Assembly (NCBI RefSeq): GCF_964355755.1
Contig: NC_092677.1
Location: 18,436,101-18,500,100, forward strand
From: Antedon mediterranea
Taxonomy: Eukaryota; Animalia; Echinodermata
Length of the DNA stretch: 64,000 nucleotides
Reading direction: 5' to 3'
Shown here: piece by piece, positions 11,436-25,800 of the stretch
Layout of the letters: every line of letters begins with the position of its first letter
Position numbering within the stretch: position 1 is the first letter of the stretch
Notes under the pieces: generated by a model
The model's database searches: none
Told to the model about the DNA's origin: nothing
What the model saw: only the letters and a program-made list of their open reading frames with translations
Translations under genes and position numbers: made by a program

Positions 11436-12294
11436 AAACCCGTATCCAAAATCAAATTGAAATAAAATTATAACACCTGTTATTAAACAATAATTTAAAT
11501 AATAATTGTATTTTTAAATATAATTTAAAAACAATCCACTGTTTAAATACTATTTAGCAATGCAAAATATAGTTTTATTACCATGCCATCAAAATTGTTT
11601 ATTTACTATAATTGTTATATTGCCACTATATAAACTGTAGCAGCACCATTGAATCTAACTCATCGTTCTCTATTTCATTTTAAACATTGTTGTTATCATG
11701 GCATCTACACGGTACGTAGGCCTATGCTGTTTTTTTATACTAATACATTATTTACTTTACTAATCGCTGTAGAATGATTTCTCCGATCTACTGTTTTTAG
11801 TTTTTTTATTATAAGTAATAGGTGTTTTGGTTAGCAACTAGTAAACTAGGAAATTTGAAGAGAAATTCATTGGCAAGGAATCACGTAAGAAAATTTAGTA
11901 AACATCCATTAATCTGATCGTATCGTCACTTTTTTTTTATCAAAGCATCGCATCTCAACACGAACATGATTTTACAAGAGGACACAAAAACGTTTATGTT
12001 TTTGTTTTTGTAATTTGTCAATTAATAATCAAATTGTAATGAATGAATTGAAAAAAAATACAACATATTTAATAAACTGTTAGACAAAATAATAATAAAT
12101 GTAGGTATAAAATGATTGTTTATTTTACATTAATTAAATTGAGGTTTTAAAAAGGTTAAAACACGAGACAATTTAATAGAATAGCGACAATAATATACAG
12201 TAGGGCATACAATGTTGTAAGCTTTGAAATGGATATGATTGGAAGTATATCGAAATTACTATTTGACATCATTTTTCTGATTAGACCTTGGGAC

Positions 12295-12395
12295 GGAACT
12301 ACACAAGGCCATATACATGGCTGCAGTCGCGTGCTCAGCTCCAATTATTGTTTACCGACCAAGCGACCGACCGACCCACCAACCGACCGACACGC
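12295..12395 (+). repeat. Dispersed repeat with (ACCG)n tract, Helentron/HINE-like; inverted copy at 29679-29752
   Basis: CATATACATGGCTGCAGTCGCGTGCTCA...CCGACCAAGCGACCGACCGAC matches the reverse complement at 29679-29752. Confidence 0.5.
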
Positions 12396-12755
12396 GTTGC
12401 ACAAGACTGAAAATGTGTTTAAATAATACAATAACTTTTAATTAGTGTCAATATATTTTATTAGTAATGTATTGTATAAAAGCTTGTTTTCCACTATTCT
12501 ATTCAATGTTTCGCAAAGAAAGAAAGAAAGAAAGATTCGCTCTACATTTTCCACTGTAGGAGCGATAGCTGTGATTTTCATTTACATGGCGTCGTGTTTC
12601 TGCTATGAGCAGAGCCATATATATAAAGAGTTACGATATTGGATTATAGTCACGTGATATGCAGATCAAATTGTGTCAAACTTGTCTCCATTAATGCATG
12701 TAAAATATAGGAGCAACAAAATACTTTCAACTTTTTCTTATATTAAAAAAAATGT

Positions 12756-13355
12756 AATTTCACATTTTACGATGAAATATCGACGTGCACAGCGTACAGA
12801 AGTACTTGCGGCAAAGAATATTGCGCGCGCGTGCGCTAGTACATTATAAAGTTCGTTTGATTGATTTTGGAACGAAACATCCCATAACTACGTCCTATTA
12901 ATAACAATAACAATATTTTCAATTCATGATGCATGCTTTGATGACTAAATAAATAATAAAGTGTTGTGGATATATTTGTTAATATGCTGAAAAGGGTATA
13001 AACAATATTAAAATAATAAAGGCAAATTATTATAAACTAGATGGTACGCTCGCGAAATTTCACATTTTACGGTGAAATATCGACGTGCACAGCGTACAGA
13101 AGTACTTGCGGCAAAGAATATTGCGCGCGCGTGCGCTAGTACATTATAAAGTTCGTTTGATTGATTTTGGAACGAAACATCCCATAACTACGTCCTATTA
13201 ATAACAATGACAATATTTTCAATTCATGATGCATGCTTTGATGACTAAATAAATAATAAAGTGTTCTGGATATATTTGTTAATATGCTGAAAAGGGTATA
13301 AACAATATTAAAATAATAAAGGCAAATTATTATAAACTAGATATGGTACGCTCGC
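12756..13355. repeat. 300-bp tandem duplication overlapping the Helitron 3' terminus
   Basis: 12756-13055 and 13056-13355 are nearly identical; each ends in TATAAACTAGAT(AT)GGTACGCTCGC. Confidence 0.9.
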
Positions 13356-16300
13356 TTCGCTCGCGTACCATCTAGGTCGTGCCCACAGATGGTTCTCGAA
13401 TACACAGTAATTTCAGCGTAACAAAACTGGCGATTTCAAATGTACGTACCGCAGGACTATAATACATTGTCGTTTACAGAAACGAATAATTAGACACGAT
13501 GATTTATGTAGTAAACTAAAATTAGCACCCTGGGAATTACTTCCGAAGAAGAAACTTATCACAAAATGAGTCCAAATTTTTGATTTGGACTCATTTAAAG
13601 AAACCCAATTTGTGTTTTGTATGTAACATTAGGGTTGAGGGATGGAAAAGCGGATAGGTACAAAGAGAAACAATTTTTAAATATATTCTTTATCCACTCA
13701 GTAACGAACTATTTTTTTCATGTTTTATAGGCCTATAAATAATATACCTCTAAATACAGTAAAACATTTGCGATTTAATACTTTGTTAAAACTGTCACTG
13801 TCATAATCAATCGAAATATTAAAGTACATGTCACGATACACCACTACGACGTTTATATTTTTGGTAATTATTAATTAATACAAACGTTGAGAAGGAACTG
13901 TTACTATAAAGTTTATTTGTATATAATAATGTGTTTATATATATCTAACAGTAGAGCCTATCCACAATCTAAGTAATACAGTTTATTTGTATATACTTTA
14001 TATTACATCTAACAGTACGAACATTCACAGTAAGAAATGTTCGATTCAAATGAGGACCAAAAATAGTTAATAGGCATTTACAGTATTGTCAAAGTATTGC
14101 AAGTTTATTCTCAAAGGGCCCATATATTTACCTACCGTATGTGTTAATCCAAGGGTTCATAAATGTACCTACTTGTGTTAAACCAACTGGCAGACTGAGA
14201 GATTGGGATGTTCCATTCATCGAAATTAATACATTTGTATAATCGTATATTAAATCTGTCAAAATAGTATTTTTTTAAGAAAATCGGCCTGTCTTCAACA
14301 TTATGAGGCTGTACTCTAGCTGTTCAACCGGTTTTCAGCTATTAAAAACAATTATCGTAGGAGGAGATAGGAAAATGCGAAGCCTCATCGCATTTTTGTG
14401 GCGGTTATTTTTCAAGATGGACATCCATTAGACAGTGTATACCACGATCGGAAAACACCCCTATTTGGGGCAAATCGTTGAACCTAAATTCGTTTTAATC
14501 GTCAATAACTTATTATCTAACTTAATTTAATTAGTAAACAGGGTTACATCAGGTGGTTAAAATCAGTACCGAAAGTACGAACCAACTTTATATACCATCG
14601 AGTACAAATTCTAAAAGTAAGGCGCGATTTACCGAATTTTGCCCTTACGTAAATTTATATATAGACTAGATGGTACGCTCGTTTCGCTCGCGTACCATCT
14701 AGGTCGTGTCCACAGATGGTTCTCGAATACACAGTAATTTCAGCGTAAAAAAACTGGCGATTTCAAATGTACGTACCGCAGGACTATAAATACATTGTCA
14801 GAAATGAATAAATAGACACGATGATTAATGTAGTCAACAAAAATTAGCACACTGGGAATTAGGCCTACTTCCGAAGGAGAAACTTGTCTTAAAATGAGTC
14901 CAACAAAATAAAACTGTCCCTGTTATAGTCGATTGAAATAGTAAAGTACATGTACACCACTACAACGTATTCGTTTTAATCGTCATTAACTAATTATCGA
15001 ACTCAATTTAATTAGTAAACAGGGTTACATCAGGTGGTTAAAATCAGTACCGAAAGTACGAACCAACTTTATATACCATCGAGTAAACATTCTAGAAATT
15101 ACGCGCGATTTACCGAATTTTGCCCTTACGTAAATTGATATAACTAGATGGTACGCTCGCTTCGCTCGCGTACCATCTAGATCGTGCCCACAGATGGTTC
15201 TCGAATACTAATAATGTCAGCGTTAAAAAACTGGCGATTTCAAATGTACGTACCGCAGGACAATAATACATGTCGTTTACAGGAACGAATAAATAGACAC
15301 TGTGATTTATGTACTCAACTAAAATTAGCACCCTGGGAATTACTTCCGAAAAAGAAACTTGTCACAAAATGAGACCAATTGTTTAAGTCAAATTTAAACA
15401 AACTTAATTTGTGTTTTATATGTAACATTATGGTTGAGGGATGGGGAAGAGGATGGTGCAAAGAGGAACAGTTTTTAAATATATTCTTTATCTATTTATT
15501 CTTTATTTATTTAGTAACGAAATATTAATTGTTTTCATGTTTTACAAATAATATACCACTAGACACAGTAAAACATTGCGATGTAATACATTTTTTAAAC
15601 TATCACCGTCCTAGTCGATTGAAAAGTACAGTACGTGTAACGACACATCACTACGACGTGTATATGTTTATAATGTATAACAATTTGTGAAAACCACCTC
15701 TATTCGGGGCAAATCATAAATTCGATTTAATCTTCAATAAATATTAAATTATCTAACTCAACTTAATTAGTAGGCCTAATGGTTTTCAATTGTTTCTTAG
15801 AGCTAATTCATACTTAAGTTGATTCCTACCCTACCCACCAAAGTTGTTCTGCGTTTAGGGCATGTGATGCACTGTAGGCCTATCCTCTACTGGCTTTACA
15901 ACGCTACTCATGCCAGTGAGGGAAGTAGGGTGTTGATGTGGGTGGTTTAACTGCAATAATAAAGATTTTTTGTACATAAATATACTGCGACTGAAAACGC
16001 TAGCTTATTATCCTTTTAAAAAAAATTATATCCAACTTCTGCAGCACAGATTGAAAAAAAAATGGATCGAATTTCTGTAATGAGTATACAGTACTTTCCT
16101 TTACGACGCCTGAGGGAATAGAAACTTGTGGAACGACACAGAGATTGGAATGTTCCATTCTTCGCAAATCAATACATTTGTATAAACGTATATTAAATCT
16201 ATAAAAATAGTATTTTTTAAAGAAAATCGGCCTGTCTTCAACATTATGATACTGTACTCGAGCTGTTCAACCGGTTTTCAGCTATTAAAAACAATTATCG

Positions 16301-16607
16301 TAGGAGGAGATAGGAAAATGCGAAGCCTCCTCGCATTTTTGTGGCGGGTATTTTTCAAGATGGACATCCATTAGACAGTGTATACCACGATCGGAAAACA
16401 CCCCTATTTGGGGCAAATCGTTGAACCTAAATTCGTTTTAATCGTCAATAACTAATTATCTAACTTAATTTAATTAGTAAACAGGGTTACATCAGGTGGT
16501 TAAAATCAGTACCGAAAGTACGAACCAACTTTATAACCATCGAGTAAAAATTCTAAAAGTAAGGCGCGATTTACCGAATTTTGCCCTTACGTAAATTTAT
16601 ATATAGA
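13337..16607 (-). mobile_element. Three head-to-tail non-autonomous Helitrons (13337-14665; 14666-15143, internally deleted; 15144-16607)
   Basis: On the minus strand the units start TCTATATATAAATTTACG (degenerate in the middle copy) and end with the hairpin CTAGATGGTACGCGAGCGAAGCGAGCGTACCATCTAG; the array sits in an A|T site with no TSD. Confidence 0.9.
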
Positions 16608-17684
16608 TAGATGAAATGATGAACGAGTCTCTGAAAGTTGGTGTCAAAAACACACAGAGAGCCATATACTGTATAAAAAGAGGGGTGAATTTGTGTGTTT
16701 TTTGTATTGGTTCATGCTTTGATGTATCCTGACTTGCATGTAGGCCCTAACAGTTATTCTTTTGTTATTATAGACACAATATATATACGTTACCAAAATA
16801 ATACCATTAATAAAATTAATTACTAAAATAAAAACGGAATATAAGCGTTATTTCATTGACAACAAAATCTAAGAATAATGCATGAACTACAGGAAAACGC
16901 TATACAAAATAGACGCGCGCGCCCTCAGTGTGCGAATTCTTTGACACAAAAATGGCTTCTAATTTTCAATGTCGTAACTCTTTATATATATGGCTCTGGC
17001 TATGATTGCTCATGAACGACGTCATGACTTGTTTCCTGAGCTCACATTGGTTGCGCAATTGTTCGCGCTTCACAAAATGTACCCAGTGTACTTGAATTCG
17101 TTGCAAAAAAAAAAATAATAATAAGCATGCGTATACGCTGGGGCTATAGCTTTAGATTCGTGAAAATGAATTTCCCTTTACTACCCCAAAGGATGACTCT
17201 ATGTCAATTTTATAATGTTTCACATTGCGTACGTGAGACGTATGATTCCTCACTATTCTTTTTTTTTATAATTTTTTCTGGGAGCCTAGGCGTAAAGTTT
17301 TTTAACTTATATAGGCCTTAGGGTTCCTTCCATACATACTAAGTTTTTATTGGTTATATCGTACGTGTTTATATAATTAATATTTTAATTATTATTTTAT
17401 GTATTTTTAATATATGTGTGGAGAACATTTTATTGAATATTGAATAAACGAATCAATCAATTTAATATAAAAATTTGCAGGCATACACAATAGTAACAGA
17501 TTTATGTTATAATATTATTTATGTTATAATATTATTAGTATTATTATAGTAGTTAATAATTGATTTACATTTTGTTATACTGAAAAGATATGAAAATGTA
17601 ACGACAAATATTTAGTCTGGTTTATTGATAATTGATTACTCTTTGATATGAATGTGATATCAGCATGTATCTTGATTATTTAGA

Positions 17685-19022
17685 CCCTGTTTACTAATTA
17701 AATTGAGTTAGATAATTAGTTATTGACAATTAAAAAGAATTTAGGTTCAACGATTTGCCCCAAATAGGGGTGTTTTCCGATCGTGGTATACACTGTTTAT
17801 TCCATGTCCATTGTAAAAATACCCGCATACCATAATACGAGGATGCTTCGCATTTTCTTATCTCCTCCTACAATAATTGTTTTTAATAGTTGAAAACCGG
17901 TTGAAGAGCTCAAGTACAACATCATAATGTTGAAGACAGGCCGATTTTCTTTAAAAAATACTATACTATTTTGATAGATTTAATATACGTTTATACAAAT
18001 GTATTGATTTGCAATGAATGGAACATTCCAACTTATTTGGTTTAACCATACTTGCATACTTTAACAGAAGTAGGTAAATGTATGGACCCTTGGATAATAA
18101 ACATAACTAGTATTAATGCTATACAATACTGCAAATAGGTATTAACCACTTTTGATCGCCATTTGAATCAAAAGTGTGTTGGTACTGTTAGATATAATAT
18201 AAACAAGTATACTAATAAACGTTATCACTGTGAGTGTGGGTAGGCCCTACTGTTAGATTATAAACACATAATAATATAATACTTTATTACTGACAGTTGC
18301 TTCTCAGCGTTTGTATTAATTAATAATTACAAAAATATAAACGTAGTAGTGGTCTTTAAATGTACGTACTTTACTATTTCAATCGACTATGAGACAGTGA
18401 CAGTTTTAACAAAATATCGGTAATGTTTTACTCTATTTAGTGGTATATTAATTATAGGCCTATAAAAAAAATATTTTGTTACTGGGTGGATATAAAGAAA
18501 TATAAAGAATAATTTAATAATTATATAGAATATATTAAAAATTGTTCCTCTTTGTACCTATCCTCATCCCCAACCCTCAACTCTAATGTTAGATTCAAAA
18601 CACAAATTGGGTTTGTTTAAATGAATCCAAATAAAAAATTTGGACTCATTTTGTGACAATTTTCTAGGTGCTAATTTTGGTTGACTACAGGTAAATCATT
18701 GTGTCTATTTATTTGTTTCTGTAAACGACATTGTTTTATAGTCCTGCCGTACGTACATTTGAAATCGCCAGGTTTTTTACGCTGAAATTACTATGTATTC
18801 GAGAACCATCTAGTAATAATAATTAATCTCATTTCACACACAATATAAAAATAAAAACCACACGTAAACAGCATTAACAATTCGTAGGCATTGTTTTATT
18901 TTATTATATTCGAATAATAACAATAATGATAATTGAAACTTTGCACATATAGAACTGTTTTTCTAAAGAATTGTTTTTAAACAGTTGTTTGTAGCTCACG
19001 TTTTATATGTAAATTAATACAT
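17685..19022 (+). mobile_element. 5'-truncated Helitron copy of the same family, hairpin deleted, plus shared 3' flank
   Basis: Reverse-complement homology to 13390-14545; ends GAGAACCATCTAG at about 18813, then about 210 bp shared with 3593-3801. Confidence 0.8.
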
Positions 19023-19088
19023 TTCCTTAAACAGGTGTGTGTATATAATACATTGATCTCATTGCATACACTAACAATAAGCCACTTA

Positions 19089-20002
19089 CGCCCGTATTCT
19101 TAAACCGGACTTTAGTCGTAGTTCGAGCTAAAACTTTAAAAATAACGTCATTTTAATTCATAAACCGAACTTCAACTAAATCGCCGACTAAATCGAGACG
19201 GATTTTGATCGATTTTTTTTAGTCCTGGAGGGGGAAGGCTAAATGGTAGACTAAATGGTTTTTAAACGATGTTCATGAAAAACGTAACAGTCATTGAGTT
19301 GTTATATTGGCCAGATATTGAAGAATGAAATATCTATTTTTATATTAGCTTAATTAAATATACATTGGTATAAGTTATAATAATGAAAATCATCTTTATT
19401 TACAACCGTATACAAATTACTATATTATTTTCTTCGCGCAAGTCCGACTTGAACTACGTGACGCCATAGCGACAATGGCAGATACGGAAATTCACCACGC
19501 GATGAAATGTTTAGGGGGCCTAGCGCTTTCTTGTCACGCTATGAAGTGCGTGGTTCGTCGCGATCATACTTTGTTGGGGCCTAGAAAATATAAAAGTTAC
19601 CGTACCGCCATGGTTCCTATATATATTTTGAAGATTTTGTTTGTTGTTAATCAAATATACTTCACTGTTAAATAAATACTGATATTGTTCTAATAATTAA
19701 CGATTAAAATTATTTTTCATGTATATTATAGTCCTGATGCGTAAAAAGTGTTGTAAAAAAATGGAAAGTGATATTAATGCGCAAAATTTCGTCTGCTCCT
19801 CAAATACTCTCTTGTCATTGGTCAATGTTTAGCTTTTGTTACCCAGACGTGTGCACCTCGATTAAAAGCTCGACTTCATTAAGTCGAACTGCAAACTTCG
19901 ACTACTTCGTTTTTGAATCGAATTTGAAGTAATAGCTCGAACTACGACTTTTTCAAGTCGAACTTCGAACTACGACTAAAGTCCGGTTTAAGAATACGGG
20001 CG
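19089..20002. mobile_element. PIF/Harbinger-like MITE
   Basis: TIR of about 38 bp, CGCCCGTATTCTTAAACCGGACTTTAGTCGTAGTTCGA; TSD TTA at 19086-19088 and 20003-20005. Confidence 0.88.
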
Positions 20003-20216
20003 TTAATGTAATTATTCTAAATAACATCAATGAGGAAAATTGCAAAATACATCATAAACATAATGTTTTAAACATGTGTTATTTCTTATGTTTATGTTAA
20101 TTTAACCTTTTATATTACATAAAATTGTCTTTCAAAATGATACACTAACCATTCGTACTTATACTAATTAATGTTCACTATCATCATGGCTGCTAAACTG
20201 TAAGTAATTTACTATT

Positions 20217-20665
20217 ATATAATACCTATATAAATTCCTGTCATTTGATTGGACGATTGTGGGTCACATTGCGTGCAATAGTATACAAATAATGAATGTT
20301 TATGAGTGCAATGGTACAAATAATGGCACGAGGTGAATGATGAAAGGTTATATCAACGAGGCAAAGCCGAGTTGATATAACCTTTCATCATTCACCAAGT
20401 GCCATTATTTGTACCATTACACGAATACAAAACATTCATTATTTGTTTTATATAACATCTAGACGTTTTTTTTTCGTACACAAAAATGTTTCAAAAAGTA
20501 CTATTTAACGATCGTTGAATAGTGCGTACTATTGCACGCCATGTGACCTACATTCGTCCAATCAAATGACAGGAATTTATATAGGTGTTATATAATATGC
20601 ACTATTAAACGATCGTTTAATAGTACTTTTTGAAACATTTTTGTGTACGAAAAAAAAAACGTCTC
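20217..20665. mobile_element. Palindromic non-autonomous element (Crypton-like architecture) with an adjacent inverted duplication; partial copy at 22100-22315
   Basis: Terminal inverted repeats CCTATATAAATTCCTGTCATTTGATTGGACGA and an internal hairpin GTGAATGATGAAAGGTTATATCAAC..GTTGATATAACCTTTCATCATTCAC; 20598-20662 is an inverted copy of 20461-20530. Family assignment is tentative. Confidence 0.55.
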
Positions 20666-22877
20666 GCAGATGAAAAAAAATCTAGTACACAAATTATCCT
20701 ATGATATGGGTTCATATTGTTCATTTTTTTTTTTGCTGGTAGACACTGTGTATCAAGAGTGTGTATATATTTACATAGTTTCTAAATACTGTATATTCAT
20801 TTGTTCATATACTAATTGATATGCTAATTTAGTGTCCAAGGTTATGTATGTGAACTGAACTGAACTTTTATTGTATCTCTTTGAAATCAGAGGCACAGTC
20901 TCAATGAGATGTGCAACAAGTTTACAGTGAAAAATAATACATACACACTTAAATATAAATACAAAACAAGAAATTAGACATAAGAACAAAATTACTAAAA
21001 AAAAATAAAAAATTAAGAAAACTGAGACAGATTAAATACTAAGAAAATGAATAAATGAAGTTTGAGAAGGAATTGTATTATATATATCATTTCGTGTGTT
21101 CCAAGCCATGGTCAGAAAAATTTTACAATGTTTGTCGAAAATAATACTTGCTAAATCGTATACATCATGGGTCAATTGATTTGGTGTAATTTTAAATTCA
21201 TTATGGATTTCAAGATCATCGAAGAATAAGTGGTATTTAAGATCTAGAGAGCTAGTAGTAAACAATTCCCAGAACATGGATAGATTATTGTCGTTTAGCT
21301 CATGTTTAAGGTTCATGAGTATTGGTTGCATTTAATTGGTATTAGTATTACAGTTTATTTTTAACTTGGTTTTATCAAACTTCCGTTATTATATTTTTAT
21401 ACTTATATATTTTGCTATTGTATGTTTAATTGTTTTAAGGATGCACCATTATTATGTGTGCCGCTGTTCAAAAAGCGTTTTCCGAATACATTATTATTAT
21501 TATTATTATTATAGCTCTGTACTTTGAAATACAACAGCGCCACCTGTCGTCTGGTCTCAGTTTCATTTGTAAACACCACCGCGAGATATGCAACAGTCGG
21601 CGGCCGTTTCGACTGTAAACCCCTAGTACTACTGTAGCTTGGCTGAAAAGCAAAACTTCGACAGACAATTGGAACTTATCTAGGCTAATTATGGTTTTCC
21701 AACAATTCCACGTCTTGTAGGGATGTCCCCATTAATTAATCAAAATTCTAAAAACGATCTAAAGCTAATTTAAATGTTGCTTGTTGAAGCTTCGGCGGTA
21801 TTGGCATCCCATAGAAAATGTTGGCGGCCGTTTCAGTCGGCGGCCGTTTCGGTCACACACCGTACTGGCTACTAGGTCTAGCCTAGGCCATGCTAGTACT
21901 AGGCTAGGGTAGTCTAGGCGTTTTAGCCTTGCTAGGCCTAAGATTGTTTGGTCGTTTGTTGACATAATTAACACTAAAGTTGGTGTGTTTATAAAATCCA
22001 TATAAATATAACATTTAATATAATATTAAAAACCAAATGATACTGTTTTTAATCAATGTGAATGAAATGTAGGCCTTTGGCTAGGGCTACCTTGCCTTAT
22101 TTGATTCAAATGACAGGAATCTATTTAGATGTTAGGCCTATATGAAACAAATAATTAATGTTTTATATTCGTGTAATGGTAATAATAATAGCTTTTGGTG
22201 AATGATGAAAGGTTAATATCAACTCGGCTGTTGCCTCGTATATATATAACCTTTCATCATTCACCTCATGCCATTATTTTGTACCATTACACTCTTAAAA
22301 ATTCATTATTTGTATATTATTGCTTAATAGTATGCTGCGTTCATAGAAAACACAAACTAAGTTCTAGCTAAGCTAAGTAAGACATTTTTTCTTCATATCA
22401 GTTTAACAAGTTGATTATAATGATATACAGTATTTACAGTAACACCAACACTAACAAAGTTAATGAATGCTCTAATGTGGCCTGATGGTGCTTTTATTTG
22501 AAAGTGGGAAAGACATGGCAATAATGAAAGGAAATGAGACCAATCACTTACGATGTATTTCATATAACTGTAAATCGCTTAATTTTATAATGTTTATACA
22601 AGAGCACTTGCTCTAACATGAAGAATTAGGTTTACTTAAGTCTATACACGAGGAATATGATGGGATGGGGGTGTCCGCGGTTGATTCTTCTAAATTAGGT
22701 CTACTTATTGGTCGACCGTTTGGTGGTGTCGCTATGTGCTATTTAGGAAATGTTTAGGTAATTTTATTATAGCAATAGCAACAACAAAGTAATAATAGAA
22801 AAGTTGTGTCTTAATAAATAGTTTTATTTTCACAATTATCACATTTGATCCAGGTTGAAACTTTATTTTACAGGCGA

Positions 22878-25800
22878 ATGCAAACGTTGGTAGTTGTGTT
22901 TCTAGCCGTGTTTTTTTTTAACGGTGGTTGTGGTGAAGGTAAGTTAGTATCAAATAATATATTATTATCTTTAATTTGCTTTACAATGTATTACTATATA
23001 CATTATTGATTACATAAACCTACAAGTATAAAACAGCAACTCAAAGAACAAATATTCAACTGGGAGCCATTGGGTTTCTTTATATAAATTTACGTAAGGA
23101 AAAAATTCGATAAATCGCGCGTTATTTCTAGAATGTTTACTCGATGGTATATAAAGTTGGTTCGTGCTTTCGGTACTAATTTTAACCACCTGATGTAACA
23201 CTGTTTACTAATTAAATTGATAATTAGTTATTGACAAAACACGATTTACCCCAAATAGGGTTGTTTTCCGATCATGGTATACACTGTCTAATGGATGTCT
23301 ATCTTGAAAAATACCCGCACACAATAATACAAGGATGCTTCGCATTTTCCTGTCTTTCCTCCTACGATAAATGTTTTAATGGCTGAAAACCGATTGAACA
23401 GCTCGAGTACAGAATCATATTGTTGAGGATTTTCTTTAAAAAATACTATTTTGATAGAATTGATATACGTTTAAACCACATGTATTGATTTACGGTGAAT
23501 GAAACATTCCAAAGGTATTACTAGAGGGTTCGTTCGCTCGCCATCCTCAAGGAAGTGTAGACGTCGACGGTTCTCGGAATGATAATGACTCTGGTAAAAA
23601 TGTTTTAGAAGGAAATTTTTGCCTGGACATTTTCGGTCGGTTACCATTATTGAAATGCTTGATATTCGTAACTCACTAACCTGTTTCACAGTGTCTTATG
23701 ATTAATAGCGTTTTACGTATAGTGTTTATTGTTAGCACTAGGGATTCAGACCAAAAAAAATCAAAAAGATCTAACGTCTATTGATTTTTGGGCAAAAAAT
23801 TGCCTCAAACTGAATCCCAATAAATGCAAATCTATGCGACTTACTTAGAGAATATATCCCATTATATACAGCATTTCTGATATACGTTTAGATTGTAATG
23901 ATTTATTAAACATTTTAGGCTGTTCCATACAAAGTAACTTGTCATGGGACAATCAAGTTCAGGATGCAGTGTCAAATTGTAACCGTCTTATTGGTCTTAT
24001 ACGGTTAATCACATCTATGCCTCTAGTAGTGTAGTTCTCCATCTTTATAAGACACTTGTGCTGTCATGCTTTTATTATTGTTCTCTAGTGCGGTGGGTGT
24101 ACCGTAAAAAATATTTAAATATGTTAGAATCCGTTTAGAGGAAAGCTACCTGCATGATCTTAAAGAAAGGTTATTTACATCAACATTATATAGATAGAAG
24201 AAAGGAGCTAGGTCTAATGTCAGTAGAGAATAGACGTGATTTCTTAAACAAGACATTCATTGCCAATATAATAATTTCACCACGATCTGATTTTATGAGT
24301 GATTATATTGATTCTTTAACCGACACCTAGTTATACTTACCTTTCATTATGGTAGAGTCCGTACTGATGCTTAAATAATCAGGGATAGCAAAATGTTTTC
24401 AGAACTTGGTGCTCCGATTAGAAATAATCTTATTGAAGAGTCGTTTTTTAAGTTTAAACACAGTTTAAAGCAACATTTTATAGATTTTTTACTTTTCATA
24501 TTTTTATTTATTTTTTTAAATTGTACCTACTCTGAATTTTTAACTTTTTAACTTTTAGAAAATCAGAATTTTTAACTTTTATACAATCATAATTTGTAAC
24601 TTTTATACAATCAGAATGAAGATGACAGTTTTATTGCTTTTCCGCTACCCTGTTATACTTACATATTTTTTTTTATGTAGAAAGATTGAAAATAATTAAA
24701 AAACAAAAGAAAGAAGCGTGACAAAGAAGCGTGAGATTTAGATTAGGATTTCTCTTGCTCCAGTCGGCCATATGTAACAGAATGTGGCACACAATCGTGC
24801 GTGCTGGTGGTCTTATGACGACTATGACAAAAAATACATAACATAAGTTGCTGATTGTTGTTAACAACCTTTTTTTATCTTTACAGAGATCACATTTCCA
24901 GGAGGTTTCGGAGGAGGAAGAAGTAAGTAAAAGAAAGATATATGAAACTATAAATAAACATTCATTGTTCGTTTTAATGTTTCTCGATTTCATTGAGGCA
25001 TATTTAGTATTTAAAAAAATGAATTATGACATGCTTCATTGCTTTTATACACTAGATGGTACGCTCGCTTCGCTCGCGTACCATCTAGGTCGTGCCCACA
25101 GATGGTTCTCGAATACATAATAATTTCAGCGTTAAAAAACTGGCGATTTCAAATGTACGTAGGCCTACCGCAGGACAATAATACATGTCGTTTACAGGAA
25201 CGAATAAATAGACACTGTGATTTATGTACTCAACTAAAATTAGCACCCTGGGAATTACTTCCGAAAGAGAAACTTGTCACAAAATGAGACCAATTGTTTA
25301 AGTCAAATTTAAACAAACTTAATTTGTGTTTTGTATGTAACATTAGGGTTGAGGGATGGGGAAGAGGATGGGTGCAAAGAGGAACACTTTTTAAATATAT
25401 TCTTTATCCATTTAGTAACGAAATATTAATTGTTTTCATGTTTTACAAATAATATACCACTACACACAGTAAAACATTGCGATGTAATACTTTGTTGAAA
25501 CTATCACCGTCATAGTCGATTGAAATAGTACAGTACATGTAACGATACATCACTACGACGTGTATATGTTTATATAATGTAAAACAATTTGTGAAAACCA
25601 CCTCTATTCAGGGAAAATCATAAATTCGATTTAATCGTCAATAAATATTAAATTATCTAACTCAACTTAATTAGTAGGCCTAATGGTTTTCAATTGTTTC
25701 TTAGAGCCAATTCATACTTAAGTTGGTTCCTACCCTACCCACCAAAGTTGTTCTGCGTTTAGGGCAATGTACCGTAGGCTATCCTCTACTGGTTTTACAA

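Larger units (their letters stand above)
12610..16998. mobile_element. TIR DNA transposon (P- or hAT-like, 8-bp TSD) containing the nested Helitron tandem array
   Basis: 27-bp perfect TIR CAGAGCCATATATATAAAGAGTTACGA at 12610 with its reverse complement ending at 16998; flanks GCTATGAG (12602-12609) and GCTATGAT (16999-17006), 7/8 identical. Confidence 0.75.

Noticed and set aside
15110-15372. Small ORFs repeated at 15184 and 25039
   Set aside because: They are chance frames in non-autonomous Helitron copies, with no Rep or helicase motifs.
21530-21555. CAGCGCCACCTG, a CTCF-like motif
   Set aside because: A single short match that is also common in transposon ends; it cannot be supported from sequence alone.
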